Below, in pieces: positions 1 through 16,284 of a DNA stretch of 64,000 nt (within the stretch, counting starts at the first letter, position 1; the number at the start of each line of letters is the position of its first letter). Origin of the DNA: the human T2T-CHM13v2.0 reference genome, Homo sapiens; the NCBI RefSeq assembly GCF_009914755.1, contig NC_060940.1. One strand, given 5' to 3'. Under the pieces are notes generated by a model that was given only the letters and a program-made list of their open reading frames with translations, was not told where the DNA came from and did not search any database. Position numbers and translations under genes: made by a program.

Positions 1-2690
1 CCACTTAGAAATGTTAATGAATGTTGATCTTATACACAGTTGAGTAAAGAAATTGTTAAGCATTCAATGCACAGAATAAAGGACATATTTGTGAGGTTTT
101 TTTTTTTTTTTTGGTAGTATCATTCTCTGTTAACACTAATTAACTGCCATCCACATTCCAGACAGTAGACTGTGGACACAATGAGAACAAGGATCAGGAA
201 ATACTGTGTAGTGTACAGTACATAGAATGCTGCTTAATTCAACTTGCTTGCATTTTCCTATATGTTATTTTATTTCATCTTCAAAATTTCCCTGTAAGAT
301 ACTTCTTGTGCTCATTTCATACATGACAAAATTGAGTCTTAGGGCAGTTGACGGGTTTTCTTGACCCAGGTCCCAAAGCTGTGGGCGAATATGCAGTGCT
401 CTCCCTACCTGTGCTGTGCTCATTTTTTTCTGCTGGCTCAGCACGAAGCAGCCATGGGGCCTGGGAAGTGAGAAAGGATCTGGAGTTGCAGCTGAGAAGG
501 AAGGTAGATATATCCACATGCCTCCTGAGAGGCTAAGTGAAAGTTTGTGAAAAACATCGGATTGCAGGAGCTGTGGGAAAGATAGAAAGATGGGAGAGAG
601 TAAACATGGCAGCTATTTGCAGAGTATGCCACTTGGGAAAGATGTGGAGCCAGGAAAGGGGGCTAATTGAAGACACCTGGAGGGAGATGGCGAGAAAGCT
701 AAAATCATCCAGGATGTCTGGGCAAAGAGCCTTGATGCAGAAAGTGGACATCTTGAGAAGCTGCCATGAGGCCTTGTGAAAGAAACCAGACTTGTAGGTG
801 GAAAATGCAACTCCTAAGAGGAAGGTGTGGTTACTAAAATTCCATGGCTATACATTGGTGGCCTGCACCCCAAATCTGGCCTAAGTCTTCCTTTGCCTTA
901 AAAATAATGGAACATGGTGCCTTGGGCAGTGTCTGTATTCTTCAGGGTGCCACTATTCCCTGTTCACCCTGCATACCACCTCCATCTCCCCTTAACCTAC
1001 CCACAGAGTCATAGCAATTCACACAGATGGGCCTGCTCCACTGATATAGAGCCCCAAAACTTCAGTTCCAAAGGAACAAAAGTTAGACCAGCATGAAACA
1101 ATTTTCTCTACACTTGGTGGTGGATTTCTTTGGGCCCATCTTTGTTTATAGCAACTCTTTTCAACTTGGCTTATCATTATGCAACTATGGTACCAGCTAG
1201 AATCAACTGGCCTTCCAAACCCAGACGCGTTCATCTTTATCCAAATGTAATTTATCTGAAATGCCATGTTGTTGTGAGCATTATGCATTACTGCATGAGC
1301 TTCTGTTTTCTTCTTAAATAATAAAACACCCTAATGGAAAATATTCCCTCTAAATAAATTTTAATGAGCACTTATTTGCCCAAATTGTCCTTTGTCTGAA
1401 TGGCAGAAAATTAATACGAACTTGAAATTATCAGGAGCATTTTGTCATAATGGGTCTTGGGAATAAATCATGCAAATATGAAATATTTTCCTGTATCTTC
1501 CTGAACTGTAAGTGCTGTAGTAACAACTTCCTCCCAAATGCAAAGCGAGTGTCAATGTCTTATCTTTCATCTGTACAGAAAAATATCACATCGGAAATCA
1601 TGTCAAAGTGTTAGATGTTACTGGAGCTTGAAGTGAACAAGCAAGAAGCCTAATTGTCAGAGAAGGGTGTATATTCCAGACTTTGCCACTACAAATGACA
1701 ATGCATGTATCTGCTACGTTTTTTAATTCCGTGCATTGACTCGTTTTCCTGGAGAAAGAAAGCAAATGGAAAATATTACCCTGTATCCTGGGCAGACTAG
1801 AGAACTTGGGTCTCACTGTGCTCACCAAGAATTAAACGGGCCAGATGGAGAACTGGAGTAAGTGCCTTCCAGAGGAGAGTTTCAGCTGGAGCAAGAATTA
1901 TGAGCCAATGAAGTGGGAAGCCATATTTGAGGGCGCCCCCTTAGACTTCAGAGTGCACTACATTAATTGCTCCTATAGACTTTCTCTCCATCTGAAATAC
2001 TGCCAAAGGGAGCTATCGCCATTTCTGACTCTTTTTTTTTTTTTTAAATAATAGAAATGACACTGAGAGGAGCCATTTAGTTCACTTCAAGAAATATGTA
2101 TTACATACTCTCGGAGTATTAACAAGCAACAGTGAAAGAGAGAGTTTCCATTTTCAAGAAGCTTTTCTCTGGAATGAGGAGCTCACCACTAAGTTAAAAG
2201 TACCAGTAAGTATCAGACAATCAGATTCATGTTTTTAAACCAGGAAAGTATCAGCTCAATGAGCACCTCCAGGGGGAAAAGGGCACCAAAGTCCCATAGG
2301 AGGCTTCTGGGCATGGCCAGAGAGCATGGGCTCCAGATGCTGATGGCTGCACCACTCGCTGCCTGAGTGGCCTTGACAAAGACGATGAATTTGCTGAAAA
2401 TGCTACTTCCCTATCAACAAAATGGAAATAATCTTGTAAGGTGATTCAGAGATACACACAGATGGCAGGCATGCAAAAAACCTTCTCTTGACCACCTCTC
2501 CTGCAAGCAATCTCCAGTTGCCTCTGCCACCACCTCATCATGAGAGTCCCAGATCCCCCCACTCTCCTGGCAGTTTTGTCCAGGGACAGTTCTGTCCACA
2601 GAAATGACCAAATGATTATATCATGGAATCTCAAAGAAAATATGAGAAGTTATTTAGTCCATGTAGAAAGAAGGTGAAGAAAAATATTCA

Positions 2691-3038
<348 letters not shown>

Positions 3039-3399
3039 TCAGTAATGGTAACATACCCCTCTTGATTGAGGTATACTAATAATCATTCCTATTTAAACAA
3101 AAAACAAAAAAAAATCCTTATAAAGCATTTAAAAGTGGCAAAGCACTTTTATATTTATTTTCTAATTTAATCTTTAGAATGATCTGGTATTATTAGCAGA
3201 GTAAAAAGTTCTACCAATTTTAAAGAGGAGGAAACTGAAGCACTAAGGATTTGTCTGGCTTGACCCAATCACATAGAGTTGCTGGAAAAACAGCTCAGGC
3301 AAACTCAAATAGTATTTTTTTCATAGCATGTCACACTTCCTGAATAAATTTCTCTAAAAGAGGACCAGACTGAAGTTTTATTCCATACCAATATGCCTG

Positions 3400-4030
3400 C
3401 TCCATAGCTCAACGTGAATGTCATTTATGTAACTCAAGCTACGTCCCAAACTTTATTCGTGAACTCTCCTCACACTGCCACTCCTTCAAGTTTCCTGTCT
3501 TCATGTACGTACAACCAGTCATCCAGGTGTTCACACCTGTAGTCTTGGGGTCACCCCTGACACCTCATCTTCCCCCACTCAATGGTGTCTATCACCCATC
3601 TCAGTGGACTTCACCTTTTAAATATCTTCTGAATCTGACCCCATAGTCCTAGACTAGCCACCACTATCTCTTCCTTCTTATTGCAGTGGCACCCAAGATT
3701 GCAATCTTGCCATCTCTAATCTGATCCTCCAGAGAACCATCAGTTATCTTTGTAACACACAAAGGTAGGTCCATTCCTTTCCTACCTAAGTCTTTCCTCC
3801 CCAGTCCTCTCAGACACATCAAATCTTTCTGGGTCTCATCCATTCTCATTTTTCCTCTCCTTACACCACCTGCCCAGGGCCCTTTCAATCCCAGCCTGCT
3901 AAATCTCATCCCACCTCGGGCTTTCCATAAGACACTCTGGATTGCATGTTCTTGCCGCCCACGACACCCGCTTACCTCCTACTCACCTTTACGTCTTTTT
4001 CTGAAAGCTCTCTCTTCCTAATGCCTTTTT
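3400..4030 (+). mobile_element. Degraded L2-like fragment
   Basis: C/T-rich sequence resembling the L2 3' region; assigned by eye. Confidence 0.45.
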
Positions 4031-4050
4031 CTCAACTCCTTTTTACTCCA

Positions 4051-4896
4051 TGTGGTAGGAAGAATAATGGCCTCCCCAAAGATGTCTACCTCCTAATCCC
4101 TGAAATCTGTGGACAGCAAAAGAGGCTTTGAAGAGGTGATTAAATTAAGGATCTTGAGATGGGAAGGTTATTGTCGATTAGCCAGTTGGCCCAATATAAT
4201 CACAGGGGTCCTTATCAAGGAGAGAAGACAGGAGAGTCAGAAGATTTTTTAAATTTAATGTTTTGTTTCCATAGGTTTTTGGGGAACAGGTGGTATTTGG
4301 TTACACGTGTAAGTTCTTTAGTGGTGATTTTTGAGATTTTGGTGCACCCATCACCCGAGCAGTATACATTGAACCCAATTTGTCAACTTTTATCCCTCAC
4401 CCACTTCCCACTATATTCCCCCAAGTCCCCAAAGTCCACTGAATCATTCTTATGCCTTTGCATCCTCATAGCTTAGCTCCCACTTATGAGTGAGAACATA
4501 CAATGCTTGGTTTTCCATTCCTGAGTTCCTTCACTTAGAATAATAGTCTCCAATCCAGGTTACTGTGAATGCAGTATTAATTCATTCCTTTTAATGGCTG
4601 AGTAGTATTCCATCAGAAGGGGATGTAAGGATGGAAGCAGATGTTGTGATGGATTGCAGGCTGAGAGCCAGGGACTGAAGAATGCAGACAGCCCCCAGAA
4701 GCTGGAAGAGACAAGGAAATGGGATCTCCCTTAGAGCCTCCAGGAGGAATACAGCCCTGCCAACAGCTCAATTTTAGCCCCTTAAGATGAGTTTTGGACT
4801 TCTTGCTCCGAGAACTGTAAGATGATAAATATGTTTTGTCTTCAGCCACCAGTTGTATGGTAACTGGTTGCAGCAGCAACAGGAAACTATTATACT
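4051..4896 (+). mobile_element. MLT1 (MLT1D-like) MaLR LTR, split by an L1 insertion
   Basis: Starts tgtggtagg..aataatggcc..ccaaagatgtc and ends ..gcagcaacaggaaacta..; the body resumes after the L1 fragment. Confidence 0.8.
4244..4612 (-). mobile_element. 5'-truncated L1 3' end (L1PB-like)
   Basis: Antisense L1 3' UTR (cccacttatgagtgagaacata). TSD tcagaag at 4237-4243 and 4613-4619. Confidence 0.88.
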
Positions 4897-5644
4897 TCTC
4901 AACTCTTATGCCCTAGGCTCTTCAAGGCCCTTTGTCTCATGCTTGTACAGGACTCTGTGCTTCTCTTAACTATGCATAGATCTCTTGCAAATACTTACTT
5001 GGAATATTGTTTTAATATCTGTTCTTCTGTTCAGAGAGTGTAGCACTCCTCGCATATTATAGTTTGGCCCCTCTGAATCCCCAGCTTCTAGCGTAGGACC
5101 TGGTCCACAAAGGAATTCACAGATGCAATGAAAATATTCACAAAGCATTGTTGTGGCAGGAGAAGCCACCTTGCATTTGTAGAATGATCATAACAAGTGG
5201 GCTAAGACTACAGAGAAAGAGGCAGCTTCCAGGTGTTGTTGAAGATATGGAGAAGGACCATCTTCCAGGGCTAGCTCAAAACCCTTCTAAGTTAGCAAGG
5301 GGTACTCGCTGCTTGCAGAGTCTGCAATGAGTTTCTGAGTTTGTACAACAACAAAATGAAAGGTCAGTTGCCTCCAAAGGACAGAAGATACCCAGGGACC
5401 TGAGGCTCTGAGTCTCTTTCCTCTGAAAGGGAATCCTTCACCAGGCAGAAGGAAATGTGTGGCACTATTTGGTTGCTACTGCTCTGGAATACAGAGATAT
5501 GGGAAACAGTGTCTCACTGTGGGAAAAGGGGAGGATTTTTGAGTGCCTGACATTACATATGTGACTCCCAAGTGGTAAAACACGCATATAACTCAAACCA
5601 GCTTATGTACAACATATCAAGCCATCTCTCTATGAGGATTGAGG

Positions 5645-5880
5645 AGGAGCTAGTGTGGTGCTTGAATTAATCCATTATGAAGTTAGATATATCTGGCTTC
5701 CAATTCTGGCTCTTCCTGTTATAATTAAGAAACTAAAGTCAAATCTCTAAATCTCTCGTTTTCTTCATCTACAAAATGAATTTGTAGTGCCTACCTCATA
5801 TTGTGCTGAGGATAACAGAAGAACATGCAGATTAGATGCTTAGTGCACATCACACGTTCAATAAATGGGAGGAATTCTTA
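5645..5880 (+). mobile_element. MIR
   Basis: Core ..ttcttcatctacaaaatg..cctacctcata..gaggataa.. and 3' caataaatg. Confidence 0.65.
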
Positions 5881-5926
5881 TTCTGTTTTGAGGAAGAGAA
5901 GGACAAGAATGCTCACTGAGTGTTTT

Positions 5927-6209
5927 TTGTTTTTTTGTTTGTTTTCGAGACGGAGTCTCACTTTGTCGCCAGGCTGGAGCACAGTGGTGCAATCTCAGCC
6001 TCCCAGGTTCAAGCAATTCTCCTGCCTCAGCCTCCCAAGTAGCTGGGACTACAGGCATGCGCCACCACACCCAGCTAATTTTAGTATTTTTCATAGAGAC
6101 AGAGTTTCACCATGTTGGCCAGGATGGTCTTGATCTCTTGACTTCATGATCGGCTCACCTTGGCCTCCCAAAGTGCTGGGATTACAGGCATGAGCCACCG
6201 CGCCTGGCC
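5927..6209 (-). mobile_element. Alu (AluS-like) with a small internal deletion
   Basis: Antisense Alu; TSD cactgagtgtttt. Confidence 0.95.
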
Positions 6210-7766
6210 CACTGAGTGTTTTAATAAGCCACACACTTCCTCAGGGGCATTCACAATTAGAATCTCAATGTATTTGTGCTGCAATCCAGTGAGGTAGACG
6301 TCATCATTCCAACAAAGCAGGTGAGAAATCTGGCCCATGAAGTGGGTGTGATCTGCCCAGATCCACAGAGTGTACATGGTAGAATGTTTGATCATTCTAA
6401 GCCAGAGTGGCCTCACTGAAGGTGGACTTGTTCTTTTACTGTGGGAAAGAATAATCAATACACCTGCAGGAACACTGTGGAGAGAATCCTGACATGAGCA
6501 CAAAGTTTCTGAGAAAAAGAAATTGCAAACATTACTGTCAACAATCAGAAGGTGCTCAACAGGAGAAAAAGTACTATGAGAAAGCATTTTTTAAAAATCT
6601 TTGAAACAGAGCTGATTTCCCTAGGCAAACGGAGAGCTGAATTCCTATAATTATCTATGCATACACTCCTGTCATCTTCTATATTTGTAGAAAGTACATT
6701 TTATTAGTAAAGAAAATAAAGACAGAGATGCCATTGCTCATATCTTAGCAACCTAAAAAATAATCTCTCCTCAGTCTCTTCTCTATTGCAGTCATCAGCA
6801 CAATGTGTTACGATAAGTTTTGGCTATAGGTCAACAAATATATCTGTAAAAAAACTAGTAAGAGAAATGTGTGCTGCTGCTTGTTAGTGTGACAGTATAA
6901 TTAATTGCTTCCTGATTCTTAGGAGAAGGGAGTTAGGACCTCTCCCATGGTGGAAAATAAACTCTCAGCTCCAGCCAAATGGGTCTAGTGAGTAGGAACA
7001 TGAACTCAGGAGGGCAGACATGCATCAACTGCCCACTGTCCCCACACAGCCACCTGGACAACCAACGCCTGGTCGCAAGGCCCATCTAGGCTCTATATCC
7101 CCAAAGTCGGGAAAGCAAAGCCTGGTGTCTGTTTGCTGAGACTTACTTGGGACTGCTGATACGACTGTGTGTTGGGGGATAGAGGGGCCCGAGCCCATGC
7201 TGGCTAAAGGTCAGGGTCCTGGATTTTGTGTAACTGAGTGTACCCACTGCACGTTGAGCTGAGAATGCACATTCACACCCATGCGCTGAACTCATTGTTT
7301 CCTTCTAAAACCTTTTCTTGAGTCCCAGAGTGCTAAATACCTTCTTCCAATCCCGCAAGCACTAAAACACACTTCTAGCTATATTCAGAACTGTCCAGCA
7401 GGCCAAAACAGGCTTTTCTGCATTCTAAAAAAATTAATCTATTAGAATACTCAGTCCTGGGGCTCTTCAGGGAAGCTGGTCGGAGTGGCTAGTCAATTTC
7501 AGAGTCCCCCAGCCTCTTCCTTTTCCAGGCCTGTCCCATAGCCTGGTGGGCCCAGAAGCCACTGTGAGCACGGGTCTACACATTCCCTCTACTTTCCCTC
7601 TCTATAGGGACCTGCAGCAGCGGGCCCAGCTCCAGCTGGATCAGGGGCCAGAGGGAAAGGACTTATGTGAAGCAACTGATGACCCAGAAGAATGACCAGA
7701 AACCCAAAGCCACCCATAGGAAGCAATGGGGCAAGGGGTAAAAATAAGCAGGTTAAACCGAAACGG

Positions 7767-8205
7767 CCATCAATGATAGACTGAATAAAGAAAATGTGGC
7801 ACATATACCATGGAATACTATGCAGTCATAAAAAAGAATGAGTTCATGTCCTTTGCAGGGACATGGATGAAGCTGGAAACCATTATCCTCAGCAAACTAT
7901 CACAGGAACAGAAAACCAAACACCACACGTTCTCACTCATAAGTGAGAGTTGAACAATGAGAACACACGGACACAGGGAGGGGAATGTCACACACCAGGG
8001 CCTGTGGGGGGTGGGGGGCTAGGGGAGGGAGAGCATTAGGACAAATACCTAATGCATTCAGGACTTAAAACCTAGATGAGCTGTTGAAAGGTGCAGCAAA
8101 CTACCATGGCACATATATACCTATGTAACAAACCTGCACGTTCTGCACATGTATTCTAGAATTTAAAGTAAAATATAAATAAATAAAAATAAAAAATAAA
8201 AATAC
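7767..8205 (+). mobile_element. L1PA 3' end
   Basis: aagaaaatgtggcacata..ttctcactcataagtg..aacctgcacgttctgcacatgta followed by an A-rich tail. Confidence 0.92.
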
Positions 8206-8382
8206 TAATAATTTTTTTAAAAGATTATAAAATAAATTATACAATATAACTACATTGTTCTTAAAACAATAAAATGCACAAGTTATTTTCATATGTTTTG
8301 AAAAGATACTAGAAGAAAATATATCCAAATTTTGAGTTTCTCCCCCACCTCGACTTCTAAGAATATAGGTGATATTTACTTA

Positions 8383-8918
8383 CAGTCATCCTTTAGTATA
8401 CTCAGGGGATTGGTTCCAGGACCCCCACATATACCAAAGTTCATGCATACTCAAGCTCTTCAGTCAGCTCTATGGAACCCACGTATAAAAAACTGTTGGA
8501 GACCAGGCACAGTGGCTCACATCTGTAATCCCAGCACTTTGGGAGGCTGAGGCAGGTTGACTGCCTGAGCCCAGGATTTCAAGACCAGCCTGGGCAATGT
8601 AGTAAGACCCCATCTCTATAAAAACAAATGCAAACAAAGAAACTATCTGGGCATGGTGGTGTGTGCCTGTGGTCCCAGCTACTCAGGAGGCTAAAGGTGG
8701 GAGAATCACTTAAACCTGGGATGTTGAGGCTGCAGTGAGCTGTGATGGTGCCACTGCACCCCAGCCTGGGTGACAGAATGAGACCCTGTCTAAAAAAAGA
8801 GAGAGAGAGAGAAAGGTTGGCCCTTCATACACACAGGTTTTCAATCCACCGTAGGTTGAAAAAATGGGTATAAGTAGATCTTCACAGTCCAAAAACTGTG
8901 TTGTTCAAGAGTCAACTG
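8383..8918. mobile_element. MER2-family (TcMar-Tigger) DNA element, interrupted by AluJ
   Basis: TA|cagtc...caactg|TA termini with MER2-like internal motifs (ggggattggttccaggacccc). Confidence 0.75.
8500..8813 (+). mobile_element. AluJ-like
   Basis: gagcccagga.ttcaagaccagcctgggcaa and gaggctgcagtgagctgtgat, typical of AluJ. Confidence 0.9.
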
Positions 8919-9084
8919 TATACTTGTGAAAAAAAAACCCTATCTTTTTCTAAATTGTCTATGTTAACTATATGCTACCGTCAAAATGAGAAAAAGAAAC
9001 CTATTGTTAAAAAAATTTACAGATTACCTACACTGGCTCGTAAGTCAAGGGGAGCCAAGTGAGTCCAATAAGAACACCAGTCTT

Positions 9085-9408
9085 GGCCGGGAGCAGTGGC
9101 TCATGCCTGTAATCCCAGCACTTTGGGAGACCAAGGCGGGTGGATCATGAGGTCAGGAGTTCAAGGCCAGCCTGGCCAAGATGGTGAAACCCCATCTCTA
9201 TTAAAAATACAAAACTTAGCCAGGCGTGGTGGTAGGTGCCTGTAATCCCAGCTACTCGGGAGGCTGAGGCAGAGAATTGCTTGAACCCCGGAGGCGGAGG
9301 TTGCAGTGAGCCAAGATTGCACCACTGCACTCCAGCCTGGGCAACAGAGTGACACTCCATCTCAAAAAAAAAAAAAAAAAAAAAAAGAAAAGAAAGAAGG
9401 AAAAGAAA
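9085..9408 (+). mobile_element. Alu (AluS-like)
   Basis: Full dimer with a long A tail. Confidence 0.95.
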
Positions 9409-10147
9409 GCACCGGTCATTCTCCAAGCCCTGCTATGCCCCAGAGATAGCTTCCCTGTAACCAAGAGAATGAAACTTTAACACATGTTCATCATCAAACA
9501 TTTAGTCCTTAGACAAAATATTTTTAGATGTGGATAAGCAACTGCCTTTGCACAGATTAGACTAAGGTTATTCTGAACAGGGAGGAAGTGCAGGCAGCAT
9601 CCTCTTATCCACGGTCTAGTTCTTCCATCCCAGTGCAGGGAGGCTATATTTTGACCATCTCCCAGGAGGTCTGATGCAAGGCAAACCTCAGGACCATATT
9701 GTGGATGGAACAAATAAGGCTCCAACCCCAGCTTTGCAGCCACCCAGCTGCAGTCTTTCGGCAAATTATCTACTTTCCCCTGGCTTCAAATTCCTGATCT
9801 GTATTGCTGTTCTCTCTTCTGTCTCCAAGTAAGCATTTTTGAAGTTTCACAAAACATGGACAGCTCAGAACAGGAACTGGAAAAAATTACAACTGTAAAT
9901 CAGAAACACACAGCATCTTAGCTTGGTAAACATGGAATGGAAATGAAGTGTAGTGTGTTTGCCTTTAATTTTGCATAAAGTGAAAGAAAACCAAAACACC
10001 CCACCCTCATACACACTCCAGATAAACTATAATTGTATATGAAGGAAAACTAGAGGTTTTCAAAGCAAAGCCCAGAATATCAGAATCTTCTGAGTCAGTG
10101 TTGGCAGCCACCAGCCACATGAGGATGTTGAAATGTGGCTAGTCTAA

Positions 10148-10520
10148 GAAAAAAGAATGAGATCATGTCCTTTGCAGGAGCATGGATGGAGTTGGAAACC
10201 ATTACTCTTCAGCAAACTAACAGAGGAACAGAAAACTAAACACCGCATATTCTCGCTTATAAGTGGTAGCTGACTGATGAGAACCCATGGACACATAGGT
10301 GAACAACACACACTGTGCACCTGTTGGGGGTTGAGGGGAGGGAGAGCATCAGGAAGAATAGCTAATGGATGCTGGGCTTAGTAACTTGGTGATGGGATGA
10401 TGGGATGATCTGCGCAGTAAACCACCATGGCACACATTTACCTATGTAACAAACCTACACATCTTGCACATGTACCCCGGAAGTTAAAAGTTAAAAAAAA
10501 ATTAAAATTAAAAAATTAAA
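10148..10520 (+). mobile_element. L1PA/PB 3' end
   Basis: L1 3' UTR motifs; ~18-bp TSD gaaatgtggct(a/g)gtctaa. Confidence 0.88.
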
Positions 10521-10554
10521 GAAATGTGGCTGGTCTAAATTGAGATGTGCCGTA

Positions 10555-11302
<748 letters not shown>

Positions 11303-11566
11303 CTATGCTGGATGTGTAAGATACACACCAGATTTCAAAGATGTAGTATGAAAAAATATAAAATCATTAATTATAATTTTATATTGATTATTTAACTGAT
11401 AATAATTTGGATATATTGAATTACACAAAATATATATTATTAAAATTAATTTTACTTGTTGCTTTTTACTTTTTGTGCATCTTTTCCATTTTCTAATGTA
11501 AAATCATATATGTGCCCAACATTATATTTCTATTGGATAGTGCTGATCTAGAAGAAGTTTTTTTTA

Positions 11567-12148
<582 letters not shown>

Positions 12149-15100
12149 CTAGTAGCAGAGAGGTGTCAGAGAGATCATTAGTGGGCCCTATTTCCTTCAT
12201 CATTAGCAGCTGATTTACTGGGAAAGCTTAACTCCAGGTGACATCATTACCCACCAGCGTGATGTGACTGGTAGAGACAGGTTTTGCCTGCTCAGAATAC
12301 TTTCAATGTTCTTTAAGTAACAGTGTTCTGTTTTTTTCTTTGCAACTGATCATTTCCTTTGGTTGTGTCAATCGCAGTGTTCGACACCCTTCCCTTCCCC
12401 ACTGGATTTTCAGGACAATCCAACTCCCTTTCCCGGAATGTAGATCTCAAGAAAATTTACACATAATGAGAATGGAGGTGAAGCTAAGCCATTTTAATAT
12501 CAGTGTCCAAAGGAGACTGGACCAATTGCTCTTGCTACTGGATTCTTGGAGGGGCCCTTGATACTGTCCCTAATTACTTTTCAGTTCTTCCTTTGATCTA
12601 ATGAACTACCCAGTAGTCTTGAAATATCTTCCTTTTGCAGTTAAGCTACCCAGAGTCATATTCTGTTATCTGCACTCACAGCCCTCTATGCTATTATTCT
12701 GATCTCGCAAAACAGTGAAATGCTACAAAAAGTATTTAAGGACCTTTATCCCTGGCTGCAAATATGAGTACCAACAGGAATAAGACAGAATACAGAGATA
12801 CATTGGTTACAATATAGCCATCAGGTTTGTCTTTGCAAAAACTGCAATCGACCGGGTCCTGAGCTAGCTCGGCTAAGAGTAGAACTGAGTCCAACCAGTG
12901 CCTTGCAGACCTCCCTTCCATGGCAGGGGACTGAGCTCTGGGAAATGGGAGTTAAGCGGAGTGGGATGGCTTGGATTTCCCCAAACTTTCACTTTTGAAA
13001 CATTACTATAGTGAGTTCTTCACACTCAGGTTGTCCCTTATGAAATCAAATTCTGATGTTGTGCCTGAAGCTATACATCTTTGAATCATCTTTAAGGTAC
13101 TTCTTAAATTTCATCCTCAAAGAAGCATCTATTTTCTTGTAACATATATATGTAACTTCAATTACTTTTGTCATTCTGGCGGAATACTGGTGGTTTTGCC
13201 TGAATTTCCTGGCTAATTGAGGTAAAGAAGGGCTTTCTTTCCTCTCAAAGGTACCCAAATTTCCTCTTATTTGGGTTTTTCAAGTATACTTGATCCTCTC
13301 AAAATGTTTCTACCTTACAGCTTTTCAAAAAATAAATAATAAAAATCTGAAAAAAAAAATTTGGTCATAGTTTCTCACTGCTTCTAATTGTTACCCAATA
13401 TAAATTCTTTAGAATTTTTTGATGGGAAGAAGAGAGGGGGCTATATAAGATTTCATGTACATTTTGTAACTGTGAGCAGTGAATTTGCCGTCACTGAAAT
13501 ACACTGCATTTGCAAAATAAATCTCAAGAATTTGTTGTTTTTTTCATGAGCCCTATGTTTGTAGGTTCTATACTTGCTAGAAAAGTAGGTTCCAGTCAGG
13601 AGGAAAGGACTCAGGTGTAATTCTAACTCCCTGATGTGTGTGAGATACTGAATACTCGTCTATACAAAAATTTTTTTGTTTCCATACTAAGTTTCAGGCA
13701 CTGAACTAGGATTTTTCATTTATTATTTCATTTGTTTGACATAAAAACTCTAAGAGTTAAATATTGTTTCCCCGATTTTTCAGATGAGGAGACTAAACCA
13801 AAATAATTAAGTTATCTGACTAAAGTCACCCAGCTAAGATATAGCCAATTGAGGTTTCAAAGTCCAACAACATGTAATTTTAACTTTAGTTAATTCTATC
13901 GGATCTTCTTGTTATATGGCTGTTATTACTGTTGCTGTTTAATAAAATTAACTTTAGTAAAAAAGTTAAAACTTTACCAAGCCTACCTTGTTTCTTATGT
14001 GCTAGTAAGAACATTTAGTAAAATGTTCTTAAGTAAAATGTGAAACAAGAGTGAAAGAAACAGACCCCTCATCAAGGATAGTTACACTAAACCAAAACAG
14101 TATGTCAGGTTCCAGTTTTTAAAACTTATCTCCAGTTCCCAAGCATCAGACTGAAGCTGATGTTGAGAAGCCATTATCCTCTATCTGAACAGATAAAACA
14201 GATGAAATAAACCTGGCATACTTTCCCAGGTCCTGCTGCCCAGAGTTTCTGGATCCAGGGACAGTGTCCCCTGTAGGCATTCTATGACTTGTTGGCTGTC
14301 CTTCCTCATGAAGAGCATCTGAACATAATTTGCCCCTAGGCTTGTCCTGCCAGGTTTCTCCCTGAGGCTTAAACTAAGCTGAAGCCAAAAGGACCTCACT
14401 GCAGCCGCCAAACCTGCAATAATAAGTTTCTAAACTTCTCAGGACCAGATCCCCCTCCTTTTAAATAAATATTTGAGCAACTACACGATGTTGTTAGTCA
14501 TCCTCTGGCTCTCCATCCAAGATGTACCACTTCTCAAAGTCTCATGACTTTCAGCCACACACCTGAAATAACTTAAAATACAAAATGCTAAGTTAAATGG
14601 TTATTTTCTAATAATGTCATACATGGGGGCTTATCCTATTATAATATATGGTTCTCAATAGAGTCATAAATGGATTATCACCTGAGAGTTAAAAACAACA
14701 ACATATCAAGGGGAGTCAGAATTTGGATGCAGGCATTCTGGCTGTAGAGAGTATCCTCTAACCCACCATGACATAACCCTTGGTTCACCATGTTTCACTA
14801 ACCTTGATGTTCCTGACCTCAGCTGATTGGGTGAGCACTGCAAGCAAAGGTGGACAAGCTCCCCATGTCCTGGAAGACCTGGCTCGAAAAGATGAGCTGA
14901 ACCAGTCTACTTCTCACTCAGACATTTGAACTAAGATACAAAGAGTTTTCCAAGAAGCGGTGGGACTTTGGGTTCAAAGTTTTAATTATAGATAAGGTCC
15001 ACATCAGTAGGCTATGTGATGTGCAAATAAAGTTGGGCAGCAGAAATCAGGGCGGGCTGGGAGAGCAGCTGATAGGCAGGGAAGAATCAGGTGTGTTGGG

Positions 15101-15234
15101 TAACTAAGTCAGGTGGGTAACACAGCACTGAGGGCTGAGATCTTGCAGCTTAGGGGCTCTGCCTGCCCACGCAGTTTCTGCAAGGCCGGTCTCTAATATT
15201 CCTCCCATTCTGGGTTTCCATGCCTGCGTTAAGG

Positions 15235-15770
15235 GGAGTTTTTCAAATGGCCCCCTAAAGATGTCCTTCTCGAATCTTCAGAAGTTGTGAATATGATGAG
15301 AAAATGTTAAGCCAAACATAAGAAACATTGTTTGGCAAAAGACTTTGCAGATGTAATTAAGTTACCAATCAGTTGACCTGAATAGTATCTTTAGATAGGG
15401 AGATCATCATGGAGCATTCTAGGTGGGTCCAGCGTCATCACATGAGCCCTTCAAAGCAGAGATCGGAGGCAGAAAAAGAGGGATTTGAAGTTTGAGAAGA
15501 ACTACATGCATGATTGCTGGCTTGAAGGTGGAGGGGCCACGTGGAAATTTGAGAAGGAAATAAATTCTGCTATTCCTGTAACGACAGAGCTTGAAGAGGA
15601 CCTTGAACCCTAGGTGAACTCAGCTGGCCAATAGCTTGAGCAAAGAAGTCAGGTAAGCCCACGAGAGTTTTGAGCTAATAATATGAGATAATAAATGTTT
15701 TACTTTGTTTTGTTTTGCTAGCTGCTAAGTTGTGGTTATTTCTTATACAGCAATAGAAAACTAATATAAT
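15235..15770 (+). mobile_element. MLT1 (MLT1E-like) MaLR LTR
   Basis: atggccccctaaagatgtcc..ggcaaaagactttgcagatgtaattaag..cagcaatagaaaactaata. Confidence 0.75.
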
Positions 15771-16284
15771 GTTCCTTTGTCCCTCTATTCCTATGTAATG
15801 GAGCAAAGTGTTCCATCTATTCCTCATCAAAGGTGGGTGAAGAAACAAAACAATTTAATGCAGACCTCACTAGAATGGCCGATAAGAGCCCTATCTGGGG
15901 TGAGGAAAAGAACAGATATTAAAGGATAATATAGTTTATATTAATCCAGCAGACATGAAATAGAACATGAAAAAATGCTCATGATACCTTGCTCATTGAC
16001 ACCAATATTATCTTAGATTACACTGTTCTCTGGATAATTCCTATTCCCCCTTGATAGATGTGCAGGTGCTTGCTGCAAAAGTCTAATAGTAAAAGAAGCC
16101 TGAGGCTTTCTGTGGTTAGGGTGTAAAAAGTATACCCCATCCTGGGAATGCCTACTAGGCCAGGTGACCTAGAGTACTGTGGCTGCCCCTGGCCCCTCCA
16201 TAGGGCTTTGGCATCACAGGCTATAGTGATCTTCAAGAAAAGCTCCACGTGTTCTGGTCTTGATGGCTCTGACTTAGTGGGGAC